Assembly: GCF_001194135.2 (NCBI RefSeq)
Contig: NC_068983.1
Span: 53,475,009-53,539,008, forward strand
DNA: 64,000 nt
DNA from: Octopus bimaculoides
Taxonomy: Eukaryota
Direction: 5' to 3'
Part shown: positions 40,376 through 54,242 of the stretch, one piece after another
Numbering within the stretch: the stretch's first letter is position 1
How the letters are laid out: every line of letters begins with the position of its first letter
The notes under the pieces: model-generated
Databases searched by the model: none
Seen by the model: only the letters and a program-made list of their open reading frames with translations
Told to the model about the DNA's origin: nothing
Position numbers and translations under genes: made by a program

Positions 40376-41039
40376 GTTGCTGCAGATGCTTATCAATTCT
40401 GGACCAGCCCTGATCACACAGACTTATGAACAAAAGCATTTTAGACATGGTCTTCACATATTTCTTCAGTCATTCTGTGCATAAGACTACATTATCTAGT
40501 GTGTTCCTCTCTTAAGATATTATTTTGAGGAAGATATAGCTGCTATTTCTACACCAGACCAAGTAACTACATTAAGGGTCCCTCATTGACTCAATGGTAT
40601 TTTTGAAACAGTATTTCAAGTGGTTAGAGAATTGAATTCTTATACAATAAGAGACATAAAATAAAAACAACTAGTCAATATGGGGTATATTTACTGTGCC
40701 TGACATATTTGTTACAGAATACTTTGGTTGAGAAGTGATGGATTGGACAATTTGGAAGAATTAAAAGAATTCCACTTAACAAGAATCTCAGAACTATTTA
40801 GATGCAATTTATCAGAGTTAAGGACTTACAAACTATGCATTGTAAAACTATGCATTTCCTGTTTTCTTAGTTATGCATAATTGCCTTGATCTCTACTTCA
40901 CAGAATATTGGTCTCTGTTTAAATGTTATTCATAGCAAACCTGAATCATATTGACGTGAATAATAAACTTATTTGAACAAAAGCTTCATGTGGTAATTCA
41001 AAATCCACCAGAGAAATACTGCCCTCCTGATAGCATGAA

Positions 41040-41461
41040 TTGAGAGAAACTGAGTGGCCGATGACAGAACCCCCTGATTGGCACCCATGCCGGTGACACA
41101 AAATGCACCATTCTAGCGTGGTTGATGCCAGTGCTGCCTGACTGGTCCCGTGCCAGTGGCATGTAAAAAGCGCCACTCGAGCATGATCATTGCCAGTACC
41201 ACCTGACTGGCTCCCAAGTTGGTGGCATGTAAAAAGTACCATTCAAGCATGGTTGTTGCCAGTACCACCTGGGTGGCACGTAAAAATCACCCACTACACT
41301 CTCGGAATGGTTGGCATTAGGAAGGGCATCCAGCTGTAGAAATTTTGCTAGATCAGATTGGAACCTGGTGCAGCCTTTTGGCTCACCAGCCCTCAATCAA
41401 ACCATCCAACCCATGCCAGCATGGAAAGCAGATGGTAAACGACGACAATGATGATGATGAG
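41040..41461 (+). mobile_element. Family B repeat copy
   Basis: Same subunits and tail as the other copies. Confidence 0.85.
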
Positions 41462-42361
41462 TTATTATTTTTAGCAAGTCAAACAACCATGTAAGAGGCT
41501 GTCTTTTATTGGTTTAAAGTAAATATGGTTGTTGATATTGCCTAGCTCCAGATCACTCCTGATTAAACAGAACAATGACGAAAGGCACTCCAGGCATGAT
41601 TGACCCTTCTGTCATTGAACTACTTCTGAACTGCATTTATCCAATTCAACCATTTTGGATAAATGCAGTAGAATGAGATTTAAAGGAGATTTGGCTAGTA
41701 TATCTAGTAGGTTGTGTGAGCATGTAAAAGCTTTCTTATTGAAAACCAAAGCCAGCTGACATACATTTGAGAAAATAGTCTTTGGTGGGACAAACAATGC
41801 TTTTCTCGCCCACAATGTCTATTTTACTCTCTTGCACTTTCTGTTTCATTCCTTCACAGAATTAATTATGTGAAAGGGAGAGTAAGAGGTAGTCTGAGGT
41901 ATGAATTATTGGGTTGTCAGATAAATGTTTGTTTATTTGTTTGTTTCTGTTTGGCATTCCATCATCATGTGTCTGAAAATAAGGTAAAATTTATTCAGAT
42001 TTCAAAAACAATAAACAAATGTTATAGAGGAAGATTAGATCTACAAAACAAAACCATAATTTTTTTTTAAAATTTTAATTCAAATAACATTGAAAAGATT
42101 AAAATAAATGGAAAAAAAATATCATATCTATCTGACAAACCAATACTTAGTGATGTGATCTTTGAACGAGTAAGTGGCACTGTTTCAGTTGCATATATTG
42201 ATATACTTATATTGTCTCAATTATAATAAGGACTATTTGGGAAAATGTATATTGTAGTCTTCCTTTAGAATTGCTAATATATTGATTGCATTTGTCTTAT
42301 CAGTGTTGAAACCACACAAATGGTTATTCTTTCTATCCTAAATTTCCATTTTTATTTCAAG

Positions 42362-42503
42362 AAAAAGTCACTGAATGCCATATAGAGAAGTTTCGAGCTT
42401 TCTTGAATGTCAACTGTGAAATGGCTGTAATTCTTGCAAATGTCATGGCATTTGGTTTCTTTTCTATCATCATATCCGTTGTTCTTATAATTATAAGACA
42501 AAG
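42362..42503 (+). CDS. VKR: VKR exon: stalk plus single transmembrane helix (KVTECHIEKFRAFLNVNCEMAVILANVMAFGFFSIIISVVLIIIRQ)
   Basis: Not in the ORF track; translated by hand. TTTCAAG acceptor, phase 1 (G+AA=Glu); AG|GTAAGT donor, phase 2; about 25 hydrophobic residues followed by basic residues. Confidence 0.88.
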
Positions 42504-43746
42504 GTAAGTCATTTTTGCATTGATAAATCACTACCTATCTATAACTTCTACATCTGTATTTATAAATTTTATGTCTGTATGCACAAATAATGTCTGTGTG
42601 TATAAATTGTGTGTATGAAAGTTCAGATGTTTAATGGAATTATCTTGAAGAGTGATAATTACTGCTAATTAATTAATTGCACCTGTGTAACTTTCCATCA
42701 AATAAATTCCTCTTGATTGACTGATTGGGAAACAAATAATCACTTTTTTTTTTTCAGTTTCTTTTTTGTTGTTTTTGTTTTTCTTTCATGTTATATTACA
42801 AACTTTTATGGGATATTCTACTTAGAACTATTATAAAACAATACTGTTTATTGAGATTTGATAAGTAAGAGTAATCAATTGTCCTTTTACTACTCAGAAC
42901 AGTAATAGGATTGTTCAGGTATGTGACTGTTAGGAAAGAAGAAAGGTTTGGAGGCTGCAAGCAGAAACTGTAGGGAAGCTTAAGCCTTAGAGAATCAAAT
43001 AGATAATGAGGAAACTCTAAATGAAAGATCTGTTTATGGTGTAAGGTTTTAGTTGTTTTTCACAAATTGGAAATAAGATTTTAACCAAATTTTCCAGAGC
43101 TGACAATTTATAACTGTTTTGATTTTATTTGTTTTGTTTTTTATTGCCTGAATATTTATTTATTACATTAATACATTAGTCAATATCATTTTCTGAAAAA
43201 AAATCAATAGAAATGTGTATTGTCTCTAGTACTTATTAATAAAAATAAAATTGCTTAGACATGTTATGTGCTTGAATAATGAGAACTGAATGAATAACTG
43301 TGATGTGCCTGTATTGTAAGAGGAACAAACACAAAGCCAAGCAAAATTGGAAATTGTTAGAGCTGATCTAAAAGAATTGGTTTAATAACAGAAATGATGT
43401 GATAAAAGAAGGCAGAAAAAAAAATGTTCAGTTTGTATTTGTAAAGAAATAAATAAGAGTAAGCTAATAATAGCATCAATAGAAGGGGTGTTTTGATGTT
43501 GATGTTATCAATGGTAGTTTTGTTCTCAGGAGAGATGTAAATGGTGACTGAAATCACAAAAATCTGTATTACTTCACAGATTTCAAGAAACAAATTTACA
43601 CAAGAAATAAACTTTCGTTTATCTTAACATTTAATTGAAATTCTCGTGTTAGTTTTAATTCATTAAATTGATAAAGAAACCTAATACTATGTAAGAGGTT
43701 TTTTTTTTTTTCTAAATTTTTTTTTTTCTTATTTTCTTTTTCCCAG

Positions 43747-43990
43747 GTATTGCAGACGTAACAGAGGTTCGAACCAGAAAATGGAAGAACTCGGGTTATT
43801 ATCTACTCGATTCTCCCGGTGCCTATCTCTTGATGGCTGGGAATTACCTCGAGATAATGTGGTATTAAACAGAAAACTAGGCGCAGGAGCATTTGGTACT
43901 GTGTTTGGAGGAGAGGCTTTCCTTGACGATCAAGGTTGGCAACCTGTGGCGGTAAAAACACTAAAAGTCGGATCAACCATTGAACAAAAA
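43747..43990 (+). CDS. VKR: VKR exon: juxtamembrane region and kinase subdomains I-II (YCRRNRGSNQKMEELGLL...WELPRDNVVLNRKLGAGAFGTVFGG...VAVKTLKVGSTIEQK)
   Basis: Long pyrimidine tract plus CCCAG acceptor, phase 2; GxGxxG loop (GAGAFG) and VAVK lysine; AAA|GTAAGT donor, phase 0. Confidence 0.95.
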
Positions 43991-44006
43991 GTAAGTCACA
44001 ACTTAA

Positions 44007-44308
44007 CCCATTACCTCCCATAATTCTATTAACTGGAAATTTTTTTTATAAAAAATCATTTTTTATGATTTCTAGCATAAAACAGCCTTAGAAACACGCT
44101 GGAATGATCGAAATAACATTTCAAAATAACGTTTTAAATAGAAATAAGCGAGATATTGGGTGAAAAATTAGCAAACCTCATTTGAATATCAGAGAAATAT
44201 ACTTAGTAGATATAGCAAAAAGGGTTAGATATGTGTAAATATTAACAGATAATTACGAAATTTGTAATTTTTAAGTGATCTCATATGAGATCACTGGTAG
44301 GTAATGGG
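44007..44308. mobile_element. piggyBac-type MITE, 302 bp
   Basis: TTAA on both sides (44003-44006, 44309-44312); inverted termini CCCATTACCTCCCA / TGGTAGGTAATGGG; no coding capacity. Confidence 0.8.
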
Positions 44309-47300
44309 TTAATGCAGAAATAGTTTATCACATATCATACATCTATTATGGTCTACTTTCTTGAAATAAGTTTGTCTTTGATTGAGGGTGTCTACACATA
44401 AGCACCTCATTTACAGAGTCGTTAATTCATAGCTTTTTTAATGATTACAGAATTATTTTTAATAACATTCTGGAAGTTCTTGCCTACAGATGTGTGAATC
44501 TGGTGGGAGATATTCGTGGTTGTATGTGAATGACACAAAAATTTATGACTGTAAACAAGATCACATTATTCTCCAAATAGGAGCCTATCATTGATACGGA
44601 TAAAGAGAAGATTTATAGGGTGCAGATTCCAGGGTATTCACTTAATTCATGTCCTGATAGTACTATCTGCAAAATCTTCCTGTACAGAGATTTAGTTTTT
44701 AGGGGCTTTTCTTGGTTAGAAACTTCTTATACCAAGTATAAACTTTAACTTTGCTAATAACATGAGCAATATCTTAGCTTTCTTCAAATTCTACTGACAT
44801 TGATTTTTTTTTGTTCAGTGAAATAAATACCAGTTGAACACTGAGATCGATGTAACTGACTTACTCACTTCCCTCAAAATTGCTAGACTTGTTCCAAAAT
44901 CTTAAATCAGTAATTGTAGTTAATCAATTGAGAAAATTTACTCAAGATAGTAAAGGAAATGTCTACTTAGAAACATCTCTCTTGAAAGTAACAGAACAAA
45001 TATTCAAGGCATTCCATTTGACTGAGGACTGGCAAACCAGATGGCTACACCAGGCTCCAATCTGATCTGGCAGAGTTTCTACAGCTGGATGTCCTTCCCA
45101 ACGCCAACCACTCTGAGAGTGTAGTGGGTGCTTTTAAGTGTCACCGGCAAGAGGGCCAGCCAGGCGGTACTGGCAACGGCCATGTTCAAACTGTGCCAGA
45201 TCAGATTGGAGCCTGGTGCAACCTTCTGGCTTGTCAGTTCTCAGTCAACTCATGCCACCATGGAAAGCAGACATTAAACAACAATGGTGATGATGATGAA
45301 TGAGCTTTTCTCAGTTTATGCTGACCAAAATCTATTCACAAGGCTTTAGCTGACCCCAGGCTGTAGTAGAAGACATTTACCCAAGGTGCCTCACAGTGGT
45401 ACTGAACCAAGAACTATGTGATTGGGCAGTGAACTTTTTACCACACAACTGTGCTTGATCCTATGAATATTTATATATATATATATATATATATATACAT
45501 ACATACATATACACACAATATATCTATATAGTAGTTAAACATTATATTTATGTGTTTTATATATATACATATTTATATAATATTGGTGGAAGATGCAGAA
45601 TCAGTAGAACATCTAACAAAAATATCTTGTGTTATTTGGTTATATCTCTTTATGTTCTGGCTATGTCCCTTTACGTCAAGGGCAACTTTACTTTTCTTCC
45701 TTCCGAGGTTGATTTATTAAGTACCAAACAAAGTAATGGATTTGATAGAATCAACTAAAATCCCTTAAAGGTAGTGCTTCAGAACAGTCACAGCTCAATG
45801 ACTGAAACCAGTAAAAAGAAGAAAGAAGTTCTGGAGAGAGCAGCTTACAGTCAGTATGTTTTGAAAAGGATTCTTTTTATCTTTCTTGAATATATATGTA
45901 TATATATGTCATCATCATCATGATGTATGCGTACGTATGTATGTATGACTTTCCAACTTCATGCAATGGCGCCTACTTAAAAGACATCCGTACTTAACAA
46001 TTTATCGATATTCCCTTTTTATGTTTCTCTTATATAAAGGAATTGTTATTACATTTTTATCTACAACAACAAAGGAAACTGCTTATTGAATTTGAATATC
46101 ATAAGTATAGAAGTCTAAGGTTTGCTGTCAAAAGATTCATTTCAATGCATACACATAAAATATTGTTCTACTCCATGACTTTTGTGCAAGGTATCAATCA
46201 TGGGCACAAGCATGATGATGTGGTTAAGAATTTTGCTTAACAGTTACATGGTTTTATGTTCAATCCCACTACTTGGTATCTTGAGAAAGTGCTTCCTACT
46301 GTTAACTCAGACTGGACTGAGGATTTAAATTGAAACTAAGAAGACAGAAACTGTTAGCCTATTAGATGAAGGAGGGTCATTGTGAAAGAGGGTCATTGAC
46401 CTAATCCATCTCCCTGTGAAACACCACCACAGAGCCCTTGTATGCCTTTGGTGAAACCCTTCATATTGCAAAGCCACCTGTTTCTTCATCCCTTTCTCAG
46501 AGTTCTGCTAAAAGTAATGGTTTAATCATCATCAGTTAACATCCATTCTCCATGCTGACATGGGTTGGATGGTCCAGCAGGAGCTGGCAAATCAGAGGCC
46601 TACTCCAAACACCAGTCATCTGTTTCAGCATGGTTTCTTTTGGCTGGGTGCCCTTTCTAACACCAACCACTTTACAGAGTGCACTGAAGTCTTTTACATA
46701 GTGCCGGCACTGGTTCCTTTGTACTAGGCACTGGCTCCTTTGTACTAGGCACTGGCATGGGTGCTCTTATGTGGTGCCTGCACTGGTTCTGGCATGGATG
46801 CTTTTTACACGATGTCAAATGGTTGTGAGGAAGCATATGGCCTAGTAGTTAAACAACTGGGCTCTCAACCAGAAGGTTGTAAGTTCAATTCCTGCTGGAG
46901 GAGGCATGTTGTGTCCTTAAGTAAAGCACCTAACTGCCTCCAGTTCACTCAGCAGGTAGATATGAGCATTAAGATTGACAGAATGCTCTGAACTAGTTGC
47001 TGCTTGAGTCAAAATTCTTCAAGCTGGGAAACGGATTTATCCAACAGTAAACAGCTATACTCCTTTACACTCTGACTAAAAACCATTAAGAAAAACAGAG
47101 GACAAGAGACAAAACTTTAACATATTAAATACTGCCGTTTAAAAACTTTTTATCAACAGCACAATGCAGAGAGTAAATATTTTTTTTGTTTTGTTTTTTT
47201 TGTGTTTTTTTTTTGTTTTTTGGGGGGTTTTTTTAAGGTTTTTCCCTACAAAAATCATACAATATTTTTCCTTCTGAATTGTAAATATTATATCAAGTAT

Positions 47301-47584
47301 TCCTTGCATTAAAATTGAACAAAGTATTTCTTTCATGGAAATACAATTGTTTTGAAATTTATCACGACTAATGTTTATTTTAAATTAAAGGCTTCAACTT
47401 TAATTGAGTTATTTTTAAAAAAAAAAAGCCTTATTCTTTATTCTGTGTTCTTATTTTCAGTTTTAGATGGCATCTGACATTAGCATTTCACCTGTAACTT
47501 GGCTGTCTGTTGTCTTAATTTTTCAACATTTGTTTTTCTCCTATATTCAATAAATGTTAGAGATCAAACAAGTGTGTGTATGTT

Positions 47585-47617
<33 letters not shown>

Positions 47618-49012
47618 TTGTGTGTGTGAAAGAAAGGGCAAGAGGTGAGGAAAGGGCAAAACAAGAACTATAGCATTCAGTAAGTGACTGTTTGTTTTAA
47701 TTGCAAATCAGATTTCCTAAGCTAAAACCACTCTGTACTTTTAAACAATGAATCATTTTGGAATTGGAGAAGTAATAGAAAAAGAAAAACAAACAAAAAA
47801 AAAACATTTGTGCTTCAACCAGTACAAATAAAATCATAACTTTGTCCATTACATTTATTAAAATTCCTTTGTGTTGTCAAAAGTAATTACCCTGATAGCC
47901 AAAAAACAACACATAATTACATAAAAAGTTCAATGACTTTTTTTTTTTTCAATTTATTTTATTGACGACATTTTACCAAATAGATCTAGTTATGTTCTTC
48001 CATGCATATGACTGATGCATTATTATGATAATTCTAATGACTGCAGCCACTGTGGCGACAGTATGTGCTAATTTATTAGCTTTTATTTTTGTCCGTTGCA
48101 ACAGTAAACAAGTTTGAGATTTCAAAGAGAAAGTATCTAGAATAAAACTCAGATTATCGATACTTAAATTAAATGGTTGTAAGTCGTTAGTTTCATGATA
48201 TATGGGAATAAATATATATAGCAAAGTTAGAAAACAAACTAGTCCCCTAAGTATTAACAACATTGTAAAGAATATATTCTATGTACAAGTGTGTTTTTCT
48301 CTGAGAAACAAAAGAAGATTAGGAAATGGAAAATTCCTTTTAGTTATTGACTTTCATGAAAGCAAGAGAACATTTATGTAGAGAAATCCTTCAGCAATGT
48401 ATAATAATGCTGCAATATAAGTTCACAAACGATCATTGTTACTTGTGTTAGTCTGAGAAAGAGAGCAAAGCCTACAATCTATGTATTTCTTTCTCAAATG
48501 GAGGGATTAAGTTAAACAGATGATGTCTGTGCAATCAATATTGGGAAGAAATTGTTCCTGGTTTACAGATGAAGGGTAATTATGGGTATTAAGGGACAGT
48601 GAAAGGTTGTAGTTTTAATGAGAAAGAATTAGCCAAAGTATTTAGGGATGACTCTGTAAGATGAGAATGTGGAAGTAATGAGAGGAATAGAAGAGAACAC
48701 ATCAAATTGGTTTAGGTGACATGACATAGATTTAGCTATAAAGCTTAGATAATTACAGACCATTGTAGTAGTGAATGATTTCAAGAAATGTAACAGCTTC
48801 AAAGTGAGTAAGGTTTTGCAGTGGTTTAATGATTGTGAGTTGGACTATCAGATGAGAGACTACCTTTTAGATGCCTTTTAGACTACCTTTATTAGGTAAT
48901 AGACACTGTGTGAGCAATATTCAAGTGTAGATTGTAACTGTGCATTTAAATGCTTACCAGATATAGAGACTCTGATACTGAGAGGAAATTTATATGGAGA
49001 ATGCCAGAGCAG

Positions 49013-49414
49013 CTGTCTGGCTCCTGTGCCAGTGGCACGTAAATAGCACCATTTGAGCATGAATGTTACCAGCATCGCCTTATTGGTACTTGTGCCAGCG
49101 GCACGTGAAAAAACGTTCGGGCGAGATCATTGCCAGTGCCGCTGGACTGGCTCCTGTGCAGGTGGCACGTAAAATACACCATTTGAGGGTGGCCGTTGCC
49201 AGTACCGCCTGACTGGCTTTCATGCCGGTGGCACGTAAAAGCACCCACTACACTCTCAGAGTGGTTGGTGTTAGGAAGGGCATCCAGCTGTAGAAACTCT
49301 GCCAAGTCAGATTGGAGCCTGGTGCAGCCATCTGGTTCACCAGTCCTCAGTCAAATCGTCCAACCCATGCTAGCATGGAAAGCGGACGTTAAACGATGAT
49401 GATGATGGTGATGA
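49013..49414 (+). mobile_element. Family B repeat copy, CpG-rich and near consensus (young)
   Basis: Retains many CpGs (GGCACGT, GCGGACGTTAAACG) that are CA/TG in other copies. Confidence 0.88.
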
Positions 49415-49869
49415 ATACTATGTTTGCACATATAAAATACCAGAAACTACTGGGTTACACTTTCCAGTAGACTACAATATTTAAAAAGGGGCAGTATGAT
49501 GGTTTTGTTTCTTTAGACATGAAGTAATAGTATTTCACTGTTGAATTGTTAAGGGTTTCAAGGCTGTTAATGAATCTACGGAACTATTATTATACATGTC
49601 TTTACAGTGCTTTTCAAATTGTAAATATTTTCATAATTTTATGTAAAAATTATCTGTCCTTTATTCAAAAGACCAGTGCACAATGTTGTTATTATACCAC
49701 AATGATGAGCATCATCAATGTTTTCATGTTCATTTATCCAAGCTGACATGAATTAGACAGATCTGCTATCAGTATAATTCCACTCAGTATATCTTTTCAT
49801 CTATAAAGCCCAACATTCTGCAAGTTAACCTTACCCCCTCTTTCCAAATCTTTTGTAGTCCTCATCTGC

Positions 49870-50260
49870 CACAGATGTTCTCTGATAACTCTCATCTCTT
49901 TTTTCACTTAACACTCATCTTCCTAAATTTTCTTCACCAGTGCAGTTCTCTCTTTGTCATACATTAACCAATGCCATTAATGTTGATCTTAATTTTGCTA
50001 CACCTTTCATACAAGTTAGCATTATGCTTCCATCTTCAGCTCCTTTAGATCTACTTTCACTATTGCTAATATAAGCATCATCTAGTCTCAGTTTTGTTAA
50101 AAGTTCTTATTTTTACTCTTTGTTGCCAACTGAAGCAACTGTCTGCTGAATTTCTTCAATTCTTTGCTCTAACAACTGATTTTTTCAGTAACTACATACA
50201 GTACCTAAATAGCAAGCACTCTTAACGAAATTTAGAGAGTTGTTTAATTAATTTAAGTAC
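49870..50260 (-). mobile_element. Old, highly decayed RTE-like LINE fragment
   Basis: Minus strand NFVKSACYLGTV...TKLRLDDAYI resembles the RTE F.YLG and KLRLY.A motifs; many stops. Confidence 0.4.
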
Positions 50261-51184
50261 TGTGTTTTAATGGAGCTTCTAATGCTAACTCTTCTATACA
50301 TGTCATTTTTGCCAGCCTTCTTTTCTGTGAATCTACAAGAGGTTGTATCTACTCCTTATTCTAGATACTGCTGTGCTATTTATTGCAAGTGGCAACATTT
50401 TGCTCTCCTATTTAAGCAGTACTAACACAGAACCTTCTAAATTATCAATCAACCTGCTGGAAATAGCAGCCAAATTTCCTCTAACTTGCCTACTAATATC
50501 TAAAAAAAATGACAAATTGTGCAACAAAGAAAGGATGGTCATTAGGCAAGCTGTATCAGGGCTTGCCTGCGACTAACTGAAAATGGCATGATTAAACTCA
50601 AATAATAATTAGCATAGCACCTACATAGTTTGAGGTTTTCAACACCACAAATATTCCTATTATACTTGTTCATTATCTTTATTTCATTATTACCTTTACT
50701 ACACAGTAGTTAACCATGCCAACTAAGATTTCTGTTAATTTCAGATGAGATATTTCCTTTACCACTCTATTAATATTCATTATTCAATAACCTCTAACTG
50801 TAATAACGTAACACTTCCTGCTTTTTTATTTCTTTTTTTTTTTTGGCTCTCACAGGTTAAATATCCAATGTCATTTTGAACTTATTTCCCTCAATATATC
50901 AACTAGTCAATACAAATACATTGTATTTCATTTCACAATAATTTATTCATCTTGTCTTCATGGCAAGCAATATATCTTTGTCAATTTTCACAGTAATTAA
51001 ACTTCTTCTACTTAAAATGAACCATACTCGGCTGAAGTTATGGGTGTGTATTCAAACCATTGTAAATGTGGGGTTAATATTTAAGCAGTCATAGATAACT
51101 AGTATTAAATTGGTCATGTAACAATTGATGCATTTCAAAATCCGACAATAACTAATATAATTTTTTTTTCGCTTGTTAGCATTC

Positions 51185-51500
51185 AGGGTGTGTGGCTTAA
51201 TGGTCAGGGTATTTGGCTCATGATTGAAAGATCATGAGTTCGATTCCTGGTGGCACATTGCATCCTTGAGCAAGATACTTTATTCCACATTACTGACACT
51301 CAGCTGACAAAAGTGAGTAGTACCTGTATTTCAAAGGGCCAGCCTTGTCACATTCTTTGTCATGCTGAATCTCCCTATGAACTATGTTATGGGTATGTGT
51401 GTCTGTGGAGTGCTCAGCCAGTTGCACATTAATTTCACAAGCAAGCTGATCTGTTGATTGGATCAGCTGGAACTCTTGTCATCATAACTGATGGAGTACC
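51185..51500 (+). mobile_element. tRNA-derived SINE, family D
   Basis: Head TGTGGCTTAATGGTCAGGG...GAGTTCGATTCC (boxes A and B), CCTTGAGCAAG core; body shared with 20652-21100. Confidence 0.7.
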
Positions 51501-53346
51501 AGGTTTTATTTATTTATTTTTTGACATTCAATTGAAACTGTCATTACTCATTTCAACAGCAAGATATACAACTCTTAAGTTAAGTAGATACCAGAGTACA
51601 CATAGGAGTAATTCGGTGTCAATTTTGGAGAATTCTTCTTTCTTGAGATTGTCTCCCTTTCTCATATGGAATTGGTCTCAGTTGTTATTTGGTAATTGTG
51701 ACACATCTTCTAACAGGTAGAGATAATTTCAATAACTCAATAATTTATGTTGTATGGTATTTGATATCATGTGATCACATGATCAACCAGACTATTGGAT
51801 GCTGTTATACAACACTGGTCACAATGTGCTTTGCATTGTTTTAGCTTTTGAATGATTGCTTAGCAATCTCCGCTGATCCAAAGGTTATTCCATCACAGAG
51901 TTACCTATTTACATCTGATTAGACTGATGCAGCATGAAATGTAGTGTTTTGCTCAAGAGCACAACATGCCACTCAGTCCAGGAATTGAACTTATGATCGT
52001 TAGATCTTGAGAGCAACACTCTAACCACTGCACCACGTTCCTCCACATGGTATTTGATATACATGTATTTATTGTTGCTGTTGTCCATATACATGCAATT
52101 GGCCAGTCTGAGTTATTTCTTTTAGCTCATGTTTGTTTAATTTATTCAAATCACCTCAACCACAAATGTGCTCATCTCTTTTTGTGTCTATCTATATCCC
52201 TTATCTGCTGGAAATAACTTAGGGCAATTGTTTTGTGGATGATGCTTATTGAGGCAGAAACACTTGTCTATACTGTCCTCTAATATCCAAGCAATAGTCC
52301 TGTCTTTTCTTTAACGGCATATCAATTTTAGAGGATTGTTGATTTTTTTAGTTAGTTTCCTCTTTTTGTATGGAGTTGGTCCCAGTTTCCATTTGGTAAG
52401 TGTGACACATCCTCTTGAGGCAGAGATAATTTTAATAAATCTTTTTATATTGTATAGTATTTGATATACCTGTATTTCTCTACATTATACTTCAAAGCCC
52501 AGGTATGGAAAATGTGGAGACTATAGTTTATACATCCATCACCTTAAACCTAATTTGCTTTAAACATGTTGATTAGTTGTTATTTCAATGATATATGAAA
52601 AAATGTTTTGAACCATTTAACCTCTGGTCCTAAACTAAATCCATATATCAATTATAGATTACTATGCTGAATATATTTTTTACTAAATAATAGATATATT
52701 CTGCATTTGCTATCATTCAAATGCATATACAAATTGCACTAAACCTACAAAAGGAGGCTTTAAAAAGGACGTATGAGGGATTATAATAATTTGCATGCCC
52801 TGTTTCAATTCTCATATTGAAACATGCACTCTCAGTGGCATGGGTGTGTGTGTGTGTGTGTTATCCCCTTTATTTTCCTATTATAAAAACTTATCTCATG
52901 GTGGCATATAATTTCCGTTTCCCTATCATAAATGTTTTACATTTCTGACTTCATTGTTCTCCTCTGATTACAGCTTTCTAATATCCATTTATAATGTTTA
53001 GATGTCATCTTGTTTCTCTTTTATACATTCTGAGGTTCTTCCAATAATGGATGGAATATTTTATAAATGATTTCATTTTTTTTTTTTTTCCTATTTGTGG
53101 ATTAAGCTGGGGAAGTTTCTGTCAAAGGCATCATCACTATCATCACCATTATAATTATCATTTTCATCAACACTACCATCATCATCATCATCATCATTAT
53201 ATAGGCTGTAAAAATTCTGTAGCTCCATGTTTTGGAAATCATCATTCTCAAGTTTGTGTGTGAGTGAATAAAACCTCTATGAAAAGAATGAGAGAGAAGT
53301 AATGGTGTAATATCATTCATGTTGTAATGTTTATGCCTTTTGGCTA

Positions 53347-54242
53347 CAAGGTGCATTCAAAAAGTATCCAAATTATTTTTTCCTGCCAAAACTAATGCTA
53401 CATGCACAAAATTCTTTCGATGGGCGGTAACACCATCTTTCCTGTGCATGAGTGGAAATTTTCATACTGGTCGGCCATGTCAGTTCTCAGCTGTTATGGT
53501 TTAAGTATGGTTGTGTAATGCATGCTTGTCAAATTTTCGTTTTCATGCAAGATGCCTGGACGCATTAAGAAGAGATCATAAACCCATGTCTAATCCCCAG
53601 TGATGATGGTCTTCATAAAGTCTGGGTCATGGTTTTCACAGTCTAGCATGTCACAGTGATTTCCATGTGGAATTGCTCTGCCAGCAATGTGGGGATGAAT
53701 TTCGCCAATGCTCTCCACGTGTACAAATCCTTCAATGGAATGCACTGATCCTGTGCCTGTTCCCGTTTCATGAGTAATTTTCTGGAGAGTTACATGACAG
53801 TCTGCTATGACTATGTGCCAAACCTCCTCAATCGGTTCCTCATTTTGGCTTGTGGATGGCCTGCCTGAGTGTGCCTTGCTCTTCACCGAGGTGTGGTCAT
53901 GTTTGAAGCAGTTGTACCACTCCTTGATCTGAGTTTTGCCCATGGCTCAATCACCAAAGGCCTGCTGAATCTTCTGGATGGTTTAAGCTTGAGTATCACC
54001 AAGCTTTTAGCAAAACTTGATGCAATATCTTTGATGCGTTTGGTGAAAATGAAAATCCAACAAGCACACACTACACATCTGCACTCTGGGCATAACAGCT
54101 GGGAACTGACACAACCTACCAATGTGAAAATCTTAGTGCATGCACAGGAAGGGTAGTGTTACTTCCCACCCAAAAGACTAAGCCCACATGGCATTAGTTT
54201 TGGTGAGAAGAAATAAAGAAGGTACTTTTTGAATGCACTTCA
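53347..54242 (-). mobile_element. Defective mariner transposon with transposase remnant and about 200-bp inverted arms
   Basis: TA flanks; termini CAAGGTGCATTCAAAAAGTA / TACTTTTTGAATGCACTTCA; minus strand reads QRYCIKFC*KLGDTQA*TIQKIQQAFGD*AMGKTQIKEW...SGRPSTS...IITGD*TWVY (mariner HTH through the first catalytic D) with several stops. Confidence 0.92.
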
